IMG/VR virus record: IMGVR_UViG_3300046692_000582
Reading direction: 5' to 3' (one strand)
Origin: an uncultured virus (IMG/VR IMGVR_UViG_3300046692_000582)
Lineage: Duplodnaviria > Heunggongvirae > Uroviricota > Caudoviricetes
Length of the DNA: 64,000 nt
The notes beneath the pieces are model-generated. The model was given only the letters and a program-made list of their open reading frames with translations, did no database searches and was not told the origin of the DNA. The position numbers were made by a program, and so were the translations under genes. Within the stretch, counting starts at the first letter, position 1. Each line of letters begins with the position of its first letter. This document shows, piece by piece, positions 8,908 to 19,344 of this stretch.

Positions 8908-9353
8908 TCCAATTCAGTACATTTAGGGGATTTTGCATGGCTTATCAAAGACGTTCGAATATTGACCTTATCGTTGATAGTGCGCTTATGTGTATTTTTC
9001 ACTTGATTTGGTGGAGTAGAATCCTGTTTCTAAAGCGAGAGTCTTTCCACATCACCGCAGGTGATTTGCTTGACCTTCCAGGCTTGAATTATCGCGCTCT
9101 CGCAATGGCAACCGATCTGCACAATAGATTGGATTCATCGGTAACTGTGCATGCCTTAAATCGTCCTAGTTGGCGGGAAAGCTGCTACACGTGGACCTTT
9201 CACGTTGGTGATAAGTCCCTCATAATGCACACAATTTACACCATCACAGAAAACAAGGCTTAAATCAAAGAAAATGTCAATTATATTGACATTTTCTTTT
9301 TTGCATTTATAATATTTAAAATTCGTCTTCATCTTCAAAACTGGGATTGACCT

Positions 9354-9794
9354 ATGTCCACATCCAAGCTGTCCATCAATAAAACATTCCTGGTTTCCGA
9401 TTACCTTCATCTTCTGACGCTGTGCAAGGCCGTGAAGGACTGCAATCAGTTCAAGGAAGATTGCCTGCAACGATTTTCTTCGGCTGGTGACAAAATGGAG
9501 GAAATCATTGAAGGCTTGAACGAGCAGGCCAACGACGTCGTCCGAAAAATGGATTTTTACCCTCCCAACATTTCGATCAAATTGGCGCGTTTGCGAGCCA
9601 AATCAGGTGGCGGAGAGGATCTGTACGTATCAGTAAGCGTACCATGTATTATGCGTGATACAGCAATGCGTCGAGATTTGATCACAAAAATCGGTCTACT
9701 GCTGGAAACATCACATCCGGACCACGAGTTTGTGGCGCTGGATGAGGATGGCATTTTTCACGCACGCGCAGACGGTCTGGGAATTAAGCCATGA
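9354..9794 (+). CDS. hypothetical protein
   Basis: downstream of TTGACA(9286)-16-TATAAT(9308). Confidence 0.7.
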   Translation: MSTSKLSINKTFLVSDYLHLLTLCKAVKDCNQFKEDCLQRFSSAGDKMEEIIEGLNEQANDVVRKMDFYPPNISIKLARLRAKSGGGEDLYVSVSVPCIMRDTAMRRDLITKIGLLLETSHPDHEFVALDEDGIFHARADGLGIKP

Positions 9795-10393
9795 CCGCAG
9801 CTCAGACAGTTGAGCAGTTGCGCATGGAACATGTGCGCAATCTTGAAGCGCAGATCGCTGAGCTGACTCGAAAAAATACAGACCTCGCCAGCGAGGCGGC
9901 AATGTTGCGAAAGTACGAAACAGAGATCTGTGCTGTTCTACGTGAAAGTGAGCGGGTGGCTGTTAATGCACACCAGAAGCTGGCCAGCGTTGCTAACGCT
10001 CTCGGCTACAAGCCATATGGCGAAATCGCCAAGGGCATCGACACTTACCTGACCGAAGCGAAGCGTCAGGCCAAGCTGTTTGAGAATTCATCACCTTCAT
10101 TCCCGGACACAGATATGGATGGTGTTACCACCATGGTCTTTGTGCCTAAGGCTGTTCGTAAAATCGAATGTCCTTGTTGTTATGGACGGGGCGCAGTGAT
10201 GATTCGAGATCCGGATCCTGAGGATATTGTGTGTCCGACCTGTAAGGGTGAAAAAACCGTTGAGGTTGATCTTCAGGATGGTCAAAAACTCCAGTGCCCT
10301 CGTTGTTTTGGCCAGGGTAAGGTGATGATTCGCGATCCAGAACCGGAGGACTGTGTATGTCCAACGTGCAAGGGTGCAAAATACGTCCAATAG
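9791..10393 (+). CDS. coiled-coil protein with a duplicated DnaJ-type zinc finger
   Basis: two CxxCxGxG-VMIRDPxPED-CPTCKG units. Confidence 0.75.
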   Translation: MTAAQTVEQLRMEHVRNLEAQIAELTRKNTDLASEAAMLRKYETEICAVLRESERVAVNAHQKLASVANALGYKPYGEIAKGIDTYLTEAKRQAKLFENSSPSFPDTDMDGVTTMVFVPKAVRKIECPCCYGRGAVMIRDPDPEDIVCPTCKGEKTVEVDLQDGQKLQCPRCFGQGKVMIRDPEPEDCVCPTCKGAKYVQ

Positions 10394-10435
10394 CGCCAGT
10401 CAATGCAGTTTTGATCGACGATCCGCTTCCACAGA

Positions 10436-10912
10436 CTACAGGGCAGAGTGAGTCGCTGACTTGCTTTGCTCGTTGTAGAAATGGGCGATGAGATCATTTG
10501 ATATTGGCACATCGTAACCCGCAAATCTAATGGTATCTCTCCAGGGCGTTCCCTCTTTATGCATTGCTGCTGAAAGCGTGATCGCATCAAAACCGGCGTA
10601 TTTTTCGACGACCGACTGCATTACATCCTTTTCGTTTTCAGTGAATTGTCCAGTCCAGCGGTCAGCTTCTGGAATGGATGGAATGGGCTGCGAGCGGTGA
10701 TGGCGCACGGCGTTATAGAGGCAGAGCACAACAGGCCCGAACTCATAGGCCATGACCTGCTCATCGAGCAATGGCCTTCCATGCTTTCCGAGCATGTGGC
10801 CATGCGCGATGTAAGTCATCTTCAAAATTTTCATTGGTGTCGCGCTGGGCCGGGGAGAACTTTTGATCAGATCCAAAAGGTGTTGTGCAACAGCCAGTGA
10901 TTTTAGCCCCAT
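10436..10912 (-). CDS. Panacea/SocA (DUF4065) antitoxin-family protein
   Basis: TPMKILKMTYIAHG..AYEFGPVV..LSAAMHKEGTPW..ISNDLI pattern. Confidence 0.85.
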   Translation of the reverse strand: MGLKSLAVAQHLLDLIKSSPRPSATPMKILKMTYIAHGHMLGKHGRPLLDEQVMAYEFGPVVLCLYNAVRHHRSQPIPSIPEADRWTGQFTENEKDVMQSVVEKYAGFDAITLSAAMHKEGTPWRDTIRFAGYDVPISNDLIAHFYNEQSKSATHSAL

Positions 10913-10930
10913 GGTTATTCGCCTCCGCTC

Positions 10931-11209
10931 TTATTCAAAAGCCCAGTCTTGCCAGTCGTCATGTGTCACAACCTGCTCGCCAGCTTCAACCAGCTCGACT
11001 TCGCTGTATCCTCCGTCCGGGCTCACAGCATATGACGCAGCGATGCAAGCCTGCGAGAGCGTTGGAAAGACGGCAAGTGTGCGTTTTCCTGGATCATTAC
11101 GCTTCGCCGCTATGAGCGCTACTGGGCCGATATAGTCTTCGGGCAGTTCGGTTGTTGCGTAATCGCCACCAATTTCGTCTGGCTGCTTTCCGATTTTTCG
11201 TGTAGTCAT
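10931..11209 (-). CDS. hypothetical protein
   Basis: 92 aa ORF in the minus operon. Confidence 0.6.
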   Translation of the reverse strand: MTTRKIGKQPDEIGGDYATTELPEDYIGPVALIAAKRNDPGKRTLAVFPTLSQACIAASYAVSPDGGYSEVELVEAGEQVVTHDDWQDWAFE

Positions 11210-11269
11210 GCGTCGTTCCGTCCTAGAAAAATGAAGCACCAATACTGATGCTTCATGGTGGGGCTATTT

Positions 11270-11683
11270 TCAGTCTTCATCTGGAAGCATGATTGTCAGA
11301 ACCGGTTCGTGATTATCACCGGGATGACAGATCATCTTGAGCTTTACTTCCTGGGCTTCGGTAGAGCTTCCCTCCCGGTCGACTCGGGCCAAATCCACCA
11401 TGATCATGCTCCCTGGATTTTTGTGGCTCTTAATTGCGTAGTAGGACATGAACGCCACGTCCCAAAGCCGTCCGCTTTGATCTTGATAGGCGCCAGTTCT
11501 GTCACTGTCCGCGTCCGTCCATTCAACGCAGTCCATCCATGCCGCCCGAGTCATGGCCACTGGAAATTTAAATCCTGCCTCCCGAGCGATCTCGCTGATA
11601 TCCACGAGATCACCATCGGCGATCATTTGGGCGCGTGAATGGCTGGAAATTACGTCATCTGGGCCAAAAATCATGGCGTACAT
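11270..11683 (-). CDS. DUF6573-like plasmid/ICE protein
   Basis: SRAQMIADGDLVD..GFKFPVAMT..GRLWDV..EPVLTIMLPDED. Confidence 0.7.
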   Translation of the reverse strand: MYAMIFGPDDVISSHSRAQMIADGDLVDISEIAREAGFKFPVAMTRAAWMDCVEWTDADSDRTGAYQDQSGRLWDVAFMSYYAIKSHKNPGSMIMVDLARVDREGSSTEAQEVKLKMICHPGDNHEPVLTIMLPDED

Positions 11684-11880
11684 CCTGGTGTGTTGTAGAG
11701 ATGAGTCAGTATAGCAAATCCGCCATTAGTGTCAATCATACTGACGATGCTCGCCGATTATTCTATAGGGGATGGTCGGCTTGACGTACTATATCGAGCA
11801 TTCCCACTCCAAATTATCGTCATCAGCATTGACAGTTACTCTCTTATTATTGCATGATTACCTCACATTTTCGATACGTG

Positions 11881-12402
11881 ATGCCGCATATGTTTGCCTA
11901 CAAACACCTCGTTGGTTACCTTGAGCGCTATACGATTCTGCATTTTAAGCGCATGCACGTACGCTTTCACCGAATCAAGCGACCAGACATCACGCCATTT
12001 CTGCACACCCACCCTTTTCATTACCTGAGTATCGTTCTTTGGGGCGGTTACACTGAATTTGTGAAGGGAGAAATGCGAAAGCATGGTTTTCTGTCATTCA
12101 TTCGTCGAAGCGCCAGCGAGGCTCACCGGATTGTCGAAGTGAAACCCGGCACCCTCACCCTGTTTTTCACTTGGAAAACCAAGGATCGGGCATGGTCCCT
12201 TCAGGACGATCCCAGCGGCGTGCCCGCTCCTGAATGGGTAAATTACCCTCAAGGTGTCTACTTGCGCCAGTTGTACGGGCGCACGGTTTACTCAAAATTT
12301 GATCGTTTCTGGCACAAGGCTGCTGATAGCTATGAAGAGGCTCAGGTGCAAACCAGTCCTAGCATTGATCAGAGCACGGCAGGCTTGCTTGCTGCCGCGT
12401 AA
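11881..12402 (+). CDS. phage-type cupin-fold protein
   Basis: LHTHPF..VLWGGYTE..HRI motif. Confidence 0.65.
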   Translation: MPHMFAYKHLVGYLERYTILHFKRMHVRFHRIKRPDITPFLHTHPFHYLSIVLWGGYTEFVKGEMRKHGFLSFIRRSASEAHRIVEVKPGTLTLFFTWKTKDRAWSLQDDPSGVPAPEWVNYPQGVYLRQLYGRTVYSKFDRFWHKAADSYEEAQVQTSPSIDQSTAGLLAAA

Positions 12403-12686
12403 CGGCCAAGGGTTTTCGACCAGACTAGCTGCTGCGATTGACATTTTCTCTTATTATCTGCATCATTACGCTGTTGGTGATGAATGTGGACGACCATTTG
12501 GAGACGACTTCTTATGAATGTCTTATTCGAAGAAGTTGCCCATTCATTACCGACTTTTAGTTTTACACCGCAGTCTTGCACTCGCTTGACTTGCTTTATA
12601 TGGCAGATTTCATCACTGTCATGAATAAGCCGTGAATAATTGGATCATTTTCCAACTAACCAAAATTCAGCGATGAGAGCTTTTTC

Positions 12687-13262
12687 ATGCCAAAAGCCAG
12701 CAAGGGGCCGTTTCAGTACCGCACCCATATTCTGATTTATGCCCCAGCCCTTCTAGCCATGAATGCAGATGAACGCGCTTCATTTGTGCGGGATGACTTG
12801 TACTCATTGCTAAAGTCCGAGTCGCTGCTTCAGCAAGAGCGCGTAACTCGATTCCTGGACGTTCAGATGGGCAATGAAAGCCTTGCTGCTAAGCTTTCTT
12901 ATGAGAAAACCAAAATCTCTGAGCGCGCCGTGCTTGATGAGGCATTTGCTAATGCACAGCTGCTAACTGCGCCAAATGATCTTGTCGATTTCACGTTTGT
13001 CCTCTCCAACGTGGATCCGGAGTTCCGCAAAATTCACCATACTCGCAGGCGCCAGCACCTCTTGCTTGGAATGAATTATGGGATTTTCAGGACAATTTCG
13101 GATTCTCTGATGGAAAAGCTGATGAACAAAATGGCATTGTCTGATGAGGACCTCTTTCCAGGCACGACGCCTCTGGATGACTTCTACAGGGGGTTTCGCC
13201 AGACATATGAGTCGCAATCTGACGATTCAAAGAAATTGATTGCCATCGACTTGATTGGCTAA
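12687..13262 (+). CDS. hypothetical protein
   Basis: 191 aa ORF. Confidence 0.65.
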   Translation: MPKASKGPFQYRTHILIYAPALLAMNADERASFVRDDLYSLLKSESLLQQERVTRFLDVQMGNESLAAKLSYEKTKISERAVLDEAFANAQLLTAPNDLVDFTFVLSNVDPEFRKIHHTRRRQHLLLGMNYGIFRTISDSLMEKLMNKMALSDEDLFPGTTPLDDFYRGFRQTYESQSDDSKKLIAIDLIG

Positions 13263-13455
13263 TTCGGCCAGCGCTGCTTAAGCTGCGCTTCAGCATCCTG
13301 CGTTGCGGTTATGCTTGAGTGTCTGGATCGTTTTTGTTCATAAAAACATTGCAATTCGCCCAATAGAATTTCACTCACCAAACTCACGTCATTTTAATTG
13401 ACATGTTGGTTTTAGTTCATATAATTTTGCTATATCGTATAAGCGGAATTAATTC

Positions 13456-14331
13456 ATGACCACATCCTCACAGCACTCTGCACCCATAAAGCCAAAAACC
13501 AAGTCACTGATGCCTGATTTTGAGTTGATCATTGGGCTGCGCAAAGAATTTTTCACTGACACCCACAAACGTGTGGAGGGTCAGGATTTCGAGGGGTGGT
13601 GTGACCAGATAGATCGCGCATTGGGCACACTGCACGGCAGGCTGCGTTCCTGTGGTTTCACCTACGAAGCGGCTGATGCTCTAGAGAAGCTTTATTCTAA
13701 ATGGTCTGAGGCGGAATTTATCATCAGGGCATATGAAAAAGATCGCCAAGCTGAACGCGTGAATCCGAGCGAGATTTCACAGTACTGTCGTGACAAATTC
13801 ACATTTGATGTGAACAAAGAAAACTGCGCTCTTGAGCTGGGCATTTGTCGTGCACTGCTGGTCTTGCATGGGCATGTCCAGGCACTGGCTCATCTTGATG
13901 AAATCATGCATTTGTTTCAGGAAGCTTATGCCGCCCCCTTCGATGCTGGTTCCAGTAAGAACCCCTCGTTTGAGCTGCTTGGCGATCAAGTACGCGCACT
14001 CTTGAATGCTCCTACAGTGGGTCTAGCCATCACACCAGTGGTGGTTGATTCTCCATGGGCTTCGATTGAGTCCGCGCCAACAGACGGAAAACCAGTGTAT
14101 GTGTTTGATCCAAAAATGGTCGACTTGGATGCCCGGAGTGATGGTGTCTTTGAGGCGTTCTGGCATCGCTGGCTGGATGATGAGCAGGAATTTGAAGGTT
14201 GGGTCACGCTAAAGCCCAGCGCGCCCTCCTCCGACCTGTCAGCACTTCACAGCCTGCCTAGCGCCAAGGTTTTGAACCCAACCCTGTGGATGCGTAGGCC
14301 TGAATCCCCGGTTTTTAAGCAACAGGCCTAA
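13456..14331 (+). CDS. hypothetical protein with a C-terminal DUF551-like domain
   Basis: WASIESAPTDG..PTLWM; promoter TTGACA 13398/TATAAT 13420. Confidence 0.7.
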   Translation: MTTSSQHSAPIKPKTKSLMPDFELIIGLRKEFFTDTHKRVEGQDFEGWCDQIDRALGTLHGRLRSCGFTYEAADALEKLYSKWSEAEFIIRAYEKDRQAERVNPSEISQYCRDKFTFDVNKENCALELGICRALLVLHGHVQALAHLDEIMHLFQEAYAAPFDAGSSKNPSFELLGDQVRALLNAPTVGLAITPVVVDSPWASIESAPTDGKPVYVFDPKMVDLDARSDGVFEAFWHRWLDDEQEFEGWVTLKPSAPSSDLSALHSLPSAKVLNPTLWMRRPESPVFKQQA

Positions 14332-14392
14332 TACCGAAATTTCAGATTAAGCCGCCAGAACTGCGACCCAGAATTTGTTAAGGAAACAAGAA

Positions 14393-15073
14393 ATGAATAC
14401 TCATATTGCAATCAAAGCTGAGACTCTGCGCCAGTGGTGGGGCGCATCGCCGCTGCCTGACTGCCACCTTTTTACACGTAAGGGTGTCTTTGACGCTGAA
14501 GCGCGTGTCGACATGATCCACATTCTGATCACCCGTCAACTGCGAGAACCGACAGAGGATCAGCGGCGAGCAAGTATTAAAATGCAGCTGGATACGCTGG
14601 TGAAAACGATTCAGGCGATGTGCCAACAATGTGTGGCCAAAGAGTACGGCGTGACGTCGACGCTGCTGGGCGTCATTGATGGTCATCTGGTGAGTACCCA
14701 GACTGAAATTTCCGAGTACACGTCCATCAATCAAGAGTACCAGGATGACACGTGGCTGGTCCCAACAACCTTGCTTCAGCGCTGGGCTCAAATCACCTCC
14801 CCTGAAGAGCTGCACGTTGTCAGCAATGAAATGCGAAGCATCCTGGACACACAATGGTTCTCCTGCTGGCTGGCGGAAGATGACCGCAACATCTTCGGCT
14901 TCATTGAAGACACCAAGAGCATTCGCTCATCGCTGGTAAGCGGGGACTATTTTGAGGCTGAGTTCAAGGCTGGTGAGCTGCTGGCGAAAATTACGCAGTC
15001 AATCGAAGCCCCGTATTACGATATCCTTCGCTGCATCCCAAAAGATCAACTTGAACACCGTAATTTTTATTGA
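14393..15073 (+). CDS. hypothetical protein
   Basis: AAGGA SD; long ORF. Confidence 0.7.
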   Translation: MNTHIAIKAETLRQWWGASPLPDCHLFTRKGVFDAEARVDMIHILITRQLREPTEDQRRASIKMQLDTLVKTIQAMCQQCVAKEYGVTSTLLGVIDGHLVSTQTEISEYTSINQEYQDDTWLVPTTLLQRWAQITSPEELHVVSNEMRSILDTQWFSCWLAEDDRNIFGFIEDTKSIRSSLVSGDYFEAEFKAGELLAKITQSIEAPYYDILRCIPKDQLEHRNFY

Positions 15074-15082
15074 GAGTGCGCC

Positions 15083-15274
15083 ATGCATGTCAGAACCCTA
15101 CAGCGCAAAGGTTATTGCTTGAAACACACCGACATTGGCTGGTGGGTCGACGGCGCTTTTGGCTATCTGGTGGCCGGGTACTTCGCTTCAAAAAACGAAG
15201 CCGTGGTGGCAGCTTCTAGGAACATTCGCGCAGCAGCACATACAGCATCAAAACCCGCTTGGTTTTTCCAATAA
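15083..15274 (+). CDS. small hypothetical protein
   Basis: 63 aa within the operon. Confidence 0.5.
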   Translation: MHVRTLQRKGYCLKHTDIGWWVDGAFGYLVAGYFASKNEAVVAASRNIRAAAHTASKPAWFFQ

Positions 15275-15302
15275 CGTCCACAGCATTCAGAAAGGAATCC
15301 GC

Positions 15303-15686
15303 ATGAACGACCCAATTACACAAGGCATTCTCGACCGCTACACTCCAACCACACCTTGCCCAGTCGAAGAAAAAGATTGGGTGATCGAACGTGACGTCCA
15401 ACACCCTCAACTGGGCCGTGTGAAGGAACGCTACTGGGACAGCGCTTGCTCTCAGTGGGTCATGGATGTTGTGTTGTACAGCCCCGATGGCCAGCGCCTG
15501 GGACGGACATCGCCAGCTATGGGTGGTCCGCGCTCGTTCGAGCCTGCGGTGCCCTTTGAGTACTGGCAACGGATCGAGAAGCCCGTTTTTCCGCTGGGAC
15601 GTGATGGGACCGGTTACCGTGATTGGCGCGCAGCAACCACAGCACTGCCTTCGCGAGCTGATGCGCAACAGGTAAACTCAAATTGA
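15303..15686 (+). CDS. hypothetical protein
   Basis: AAGGA SD. Confidence 0.65.
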   Translation: MNDPITQGILDRYTPTTPCPVEEKDWVIERDVQHPQLGRVKERYWDSACSQWVMDVVLYSPDGQRLGRTSPAMGGPRSFEPAVPFEYWQRIEKPVFPLGRDGTGYRDWRAATTALPSRADAQQVNSN

Positions 15687-16027
15687 GAGTGGCTCTGATC
15701 ATGATGGCATTAGCCCTTTCGGGGTGCGATGCCGCCTATGAAATGGAAGCTGAAATCCAAAAAACACTCCCGCCTGTACCGACAATAGTGCCTGCCGGTT
15801 ACTGGGTCAGCGTTGGGGGTGAGCCCGTGCAGGTTTATGGTGAGGACGATTGTGGCAATGAAGGCGCCTTCAAATGCATCGTTATCCTTCCAGAGACAAA
15901 GCAGATCAAAGTCACGATGCGTACGAATGGGCAATTAGTTGAAGAGCAATGGACACTCGAAAGGCAGGGTTTAGTAGTAAATATGCGCAGGCCGGACGGT
16001 ACGTACTCACTCCCCCTATCACAGTAA
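15683..16027 (+). CDS. putative lipoprotein
   Basis: lipobox LSGC. Confidence 0.65.
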   Translation: MRVALIMMALALSGCDAAYEMEAEIQKTLPPVPTIVPAGYWVSVGGEPVQVYGEDDCGNEGAFKCIVILPETKQIKVTMRTNGQLVEEQWTLERQGLVVNMRRPDGTYSLPLSQ

Positions 16028-16264
16028 TGTTTTTTCCCTCCAATCCGTGGGGGCTTGGTAATTCATTTTCTTATTGGAGCGTTGAATCATGATGACCGAA
16101 CTTGAAAAGGCGCAGCTGCTTCTGCTTGAGGCCTGCCAACAGATATTGAAAGAAGAGAATATGATGTACTCGGAGCTGAACGCCTTTCTGCGCGGCGATC
16201 TGTCGCCTTCCGGGGTAATTACGATTCTTGAGGAGCATAAGGCTCTACAAGCATCTGAGGCGCA

Positions 16265-16486
16265 TTGATGGCCAGCCTTGCGGAGATCCGGGAAATTCTG
16301 GCGCGTGGTGAAACAGTCACGCTTCCAAAAAAGTACCTAGCGGTGTTTATGGAGGAGTGCATCAATCAGCCGTGTGGAACTGAATCGTACAAAATTACCC
16401 CATCAGGTAAAAATGTGCTGATTAGTGATGAGCAAGCGATTATGCGTAAGCAGGCTGGCCTTTCCAAGCAGGACCGACAGCACTGA
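16265..16486 (+). CDS. small hypothetical protein
   Basis: 73 aa ORF. Confidence 0.5.
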   Translation: MMASLAEIREILARGETVTLPKKYLAVFMEECINQPCGTESYKITPSGKNVLISDEQAIMRKQAGLSKQDRQH

Positions 16487-16636
16487 CCCATCGCGCAAGC
16501 GCTCCGGAAATTCCCAGGGTGCTAAGGGTTTCCTGGCTCGACAATTTGATTGACATTTCATTATATTAATCATATACTTAAATTATAGCGCAACAAACGC
16601 TATCAAGACTCCAAAATCAATCAGGTAGACATCTAC

Positions 16637-16984
16637 ATGAAGCTGACAAAGAAGCAATCTGCTGAGTACATGAAAAGCGCTTTGGAAATTCTGCGCAGCT
16701 TTGGTTTTCAGCAAGATGAGACTTCGGGTCATGAGTACAGTGCAGACACCATTGCCGGTAAGCTGCATGTGACGATCTACCCAGATTGGACGGCCTGTCG
16801 TTTTGATGACGTCAAAAAGGCTGTCGAGGTAACCCAGGGGGACCGGATTAATCCTCATTCGGGCAAATGGAATTGGATGGAGTTGACTGATTTGCCTTAT
16901 TTTCAAGCTGAGCTGCGCCGATTGATTGCAAACCCCGTCGCCAACCCAGAATTGCTGGCGATTCCCAAAAAATTTGATTCCTAA
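16637..16984 (+). CDS. hypothetical protein, tandem paralog 1
   Basis: DTIAGKLHVTI..SGKWNW; promoter TTGACA 16550/TATACT 16573. Confidence 0.7.
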   Translation: MKLTKKQSAEYMKSALEILRSFGFQQDETSGHEYSADTIAGKLHVTIYPDWTACRFDDVKKAVEVTQGDRINPHSGKWNWMELTDLPYFQAELRRLIANPVANPELLAIPKKFDS

Positions 16985-16996
16985 AATGAGCCTACT

Positions 16997-17359
16997 ATGA
17001 CCCTTAAAAGAACCCCTACCCTGACCCCTGAAGAATCGATTGTCTTCAAGGAAAATGTGCTTCGAGTGCTGCGCAAATTCGGTTTCCGTCGAGATGAATC
17101 GGGAATTCGAGATTACTGCCTGGATACCCCGGCAGGTAAGCTGCATGTGTCAATTCTCAGTCAGACATTGTCCTTTGATCTGCAAGAAAAAATTGACTCT
17201 CCTCGAACGATGGTTGACCGGGTGCACAGTTCTTTTTCGGGTAAGTGGGACTTTTTGGGGCCGGATATTTTGAATATGTTTGAGCATGACATGGAGCGCC
17301 TAATCTGCAATCCTGTGCCGACCCCTGACCTTGAACCGGTATGGCAGAATGTGGCCTGA
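16997..17359 (+). CDS. hypothetical protein, tandem paralog 2
   Basis: DTPAGKLHVSI..SGKWDF. Confidence 0.7.
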   Translation: MTLKRTPTLTPEESIVFKENVLRVLRKFGFRRDESGIRDYCLDTPAGKLHVSILSQTLSFDLQEKIDSPRTMVDRVHSSFSGKWDFLGPDILNMFEHDMERLICNPVPTPDLEPVWQNVA

Positions 17360-17741
17360 CGAATCAGTAGATCGACTTGAACGCGGTAGCCGCGCCGACA
17401 TCAAAATAGGCGACCGCCCTGCTGCTTTCGAGCAATGGGTGCGCCCACAGCTGTGGCTGTCGGCACACGAGAAGCTCGATTGGGGCAGTGCTGAAGTTCA
17501 GCGTTATTTTGCCATGTGGCAGAATCAGCGCGCCCCTGTTGCCGATTCCTGGGCTGGTACTGGCATTGGTACTGGCCCAATTCTCACTGATCGCCCCGAG
17601 GCTTTTGAGCGTTGGTACAGGGATAAACACTGGATTTCAGCGCACATCCCCTTTCAATGGGAAAGCGATCATGTCCGTGGCGAATTTGCGTCCTGGTCAG
17701 AGCTAACTTTTTCCGTGAAACGTCAAGATTCCTGGGATTAA
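17349..17741 (+). CDS. hypothetical protein with an internal duplication
   Basis: two DRPxAFExW..WxSAH..W units. Confidence 0.6.
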   Translation: MWPDESVDRLERGSRADIKIGDRPAAFEQWVRPQLWLSAHEKLDWGSAEVQRYFAMWQNQRAPVADSWAGTGIGTGPILTDRPEAFERWYRDKHWISAHIPFQWESDHVRGEFASWSELTFSVKRQDSWD

Positions 17742-17820
17742 TCCCTTGAACTAATGTCAGTAGCATTGACACTGTCGTTGCGGCGCCGTATACTGTGCTC
17801 ATCATTCAGGAGAACAGAAC

Positions 17821-18060
17821 ATGGTTCCTACTCAGCGCTTCACGGTCAAAAGTGGTCTCAGCACACTGGAACAAAAAATGACACACAAGCAGGCTCTGCG
17901 TTGGGGCAATCAGAACATGCCTGCCGACCTGAAGCGTGCGGGTTTCGAAACCGTCATTTTCACAAGTGATGTCGAAATTCATGGTTCCCTCTTCCTTCGT
18001 GTGAATTATGGTCGGTCGGTCAAGGGCGGAAAATCGCCTTGTTCGCGTATCGCTGCTTAA
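17821..18060 (+). CDS. small hypothetical protein
   Basis: AGGAG SD; promoter TTGACA 17766/TATACT 17789. Confidence 0.55.
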   Translation: MVPTQRFTVKSGLSTLEQKMTHKQALRWGNQNMPADLKRAGFETVIFTSDVEIHGSLFLRVNYGRSVKGGKSPCSRIAA

Positions 18061-18104
18061 CTGCGTCGACCAACAGAATTCTCAGGCAAATTAGGGTGAA
18101 TCCA

Positions 18105-18437
18105 ATGAGTCAAGTCCAGGCTGTATCCATCGAATCCCAAGCTCAGAAAGTTCGGATCGCTTATGCCAAAACTGGCAACGTGAATCCTGAATATGAGCGT
18201 GAGTTTGAGATCCTCTCGAACATGCGACTTGACAGTATGGCTGCCAATTTTCGAGATGGACGCGGCCTGCCTCCTGATGGAAAGACCCCCTATGATCGCC
18301 CCATCAGCGCAAGCCCTGTCGTTGGGTTGGACGCTGAGGCGCGTTCGGACCTGCGTCTCGCCAGTATGGCCGATCAATTCCGTAAATCCCGTGGTCTTCC
18401 TCACAACGCGAAGACGCCGTACGACCCAAGATCCTAA
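18105..18437 (+). CDS. hypothetical protein with an internal duplication
   Basis: two SMAxxFRxxRGLPxxxKTPYD units. Confidence 0.65.
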   Translation: MSQVQAVSIESQAQKVRIAYAKTGNVNPEYEREFEILSNMRLDSMAANFRDGRGLPPDGKTPYDRPISASPVVGLDAEARSDLRLASMADQFRKSRGLPHNAKTPYDPRS

Positions 18438-18508
18438 GCGGGCCCCAGCACACCATTTAGCCTCGTCTTAGCGGGGCTACGTCAGCAAATCAAGGCGAAG
18501 GTTAAAGC

Positions 18509-18724
18509 ATGAGTCTTCCGTTCATCATTTTCCGGATAACCGCCACAGGATCAGGTTTTTTCCTGGCAGGTGATGGTGATCACCCTTCGGAGCTGGACGG
18601 CACTCATGATCCACGAGTAGCACGCGGCTTTAAGTCTAAGATCGCTGCACTCAAGGTTGCAGAGGCGTGTGCCATTAGTCAAAACTCGTCCATTGATAAA
18701 TACCAAGTGTTGAAACGCGTCTAA
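18509..18724 (+). CDS. small hypothetical protein
   Basis: 71 aa ORF. Confidence 0.5.
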   Translation: MSLPFIIFRITATGSGFFLAGDGDHPSELDGTHDPRVARGFKSKIAALKVAEACAISQNSSIDKYQVLKRV

Positions 18725-18752
18725 TCTTGACGATCCCAGGAAGGAGAAAGCA

Positions 18753-19004
18753 ATGCGAATTGAACAGGAAGCCGTTTTTGGCATGGCCGAACCAAGCGCC
18801 GTAGTGTCGACCGTAAGGCTGCTGCATAGCCGCATGGATTTCCTTGGCGGTGCGCTAGAGTACGCTAAAGACACCGATGACGCATTGCCGCTTGAATCTG
18901 AGCGCCGGATCCTTCAGGCTACCCTCGCAGCCATCAAAGCTGAATATGCTCCAGGCTATTTTGATGAGGCATTGCGCCCCTGTGTGAGCGATTATCTGGG
19001 CTGA
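18753..19004 (+). CDS. small hypothetical protein
   Basis: AAGGAG SD. Confidence 0.6.
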   Translation: MRIEQEAVFGMAEPSAVVSTVRLLHSRMDFLGGALEYAKDTDDALPLESERRILQATLAAIKAEYAPGYFDEALRPCVSDYLG

Positions 19005-19098
19005 CAGATTGGCTTTGGGTGTAAAACATTGCTACAGTGGCTCCCCAGTAGATCACTGATCAGCCGTGTTTTTCACCTTACAAGTGAGGTATCAGCGC

Positions 19099-19329
19099 AT
19101 GGACAGTCTTCCTCCGGTTAAGTCCAATGAATGTGACGAAATCGAATTCTGCTACTACTGCGCGCATGCCATTTACACTGATCGGTACTGGGATGAAGTG
19201 CTGGGTTGGTATTGGAATGGTCATTGCCCTAATTGCGCCCGCGACGCCCTAGGTCGGGATGCCCATTTTGATCTAGATGCTGAGTTGAAAGCTGACGAAA
19301 CTGAAAATGAAGATCCGAATGAGGATTAA
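19099..19329 (+). CDS. small zinc-finger protein
   Basis: CYYC and CPNC; GAGG SD. Confidence 0.6.
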   Translation: MDSLPPVKSNECDEIEFCYYCAHAIYTDRYWDEVLGWYWNGHCPNCARDALGRDAHFDLDAELKADETENEDPNED

Positions 19330-19344
19330 GGAAAAATAACTGAA

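Noticed and set aside
8937..9263. 108 aa ORF
   Set aside because: No motif, weak translation signals and atypical composition; cannot be supported.
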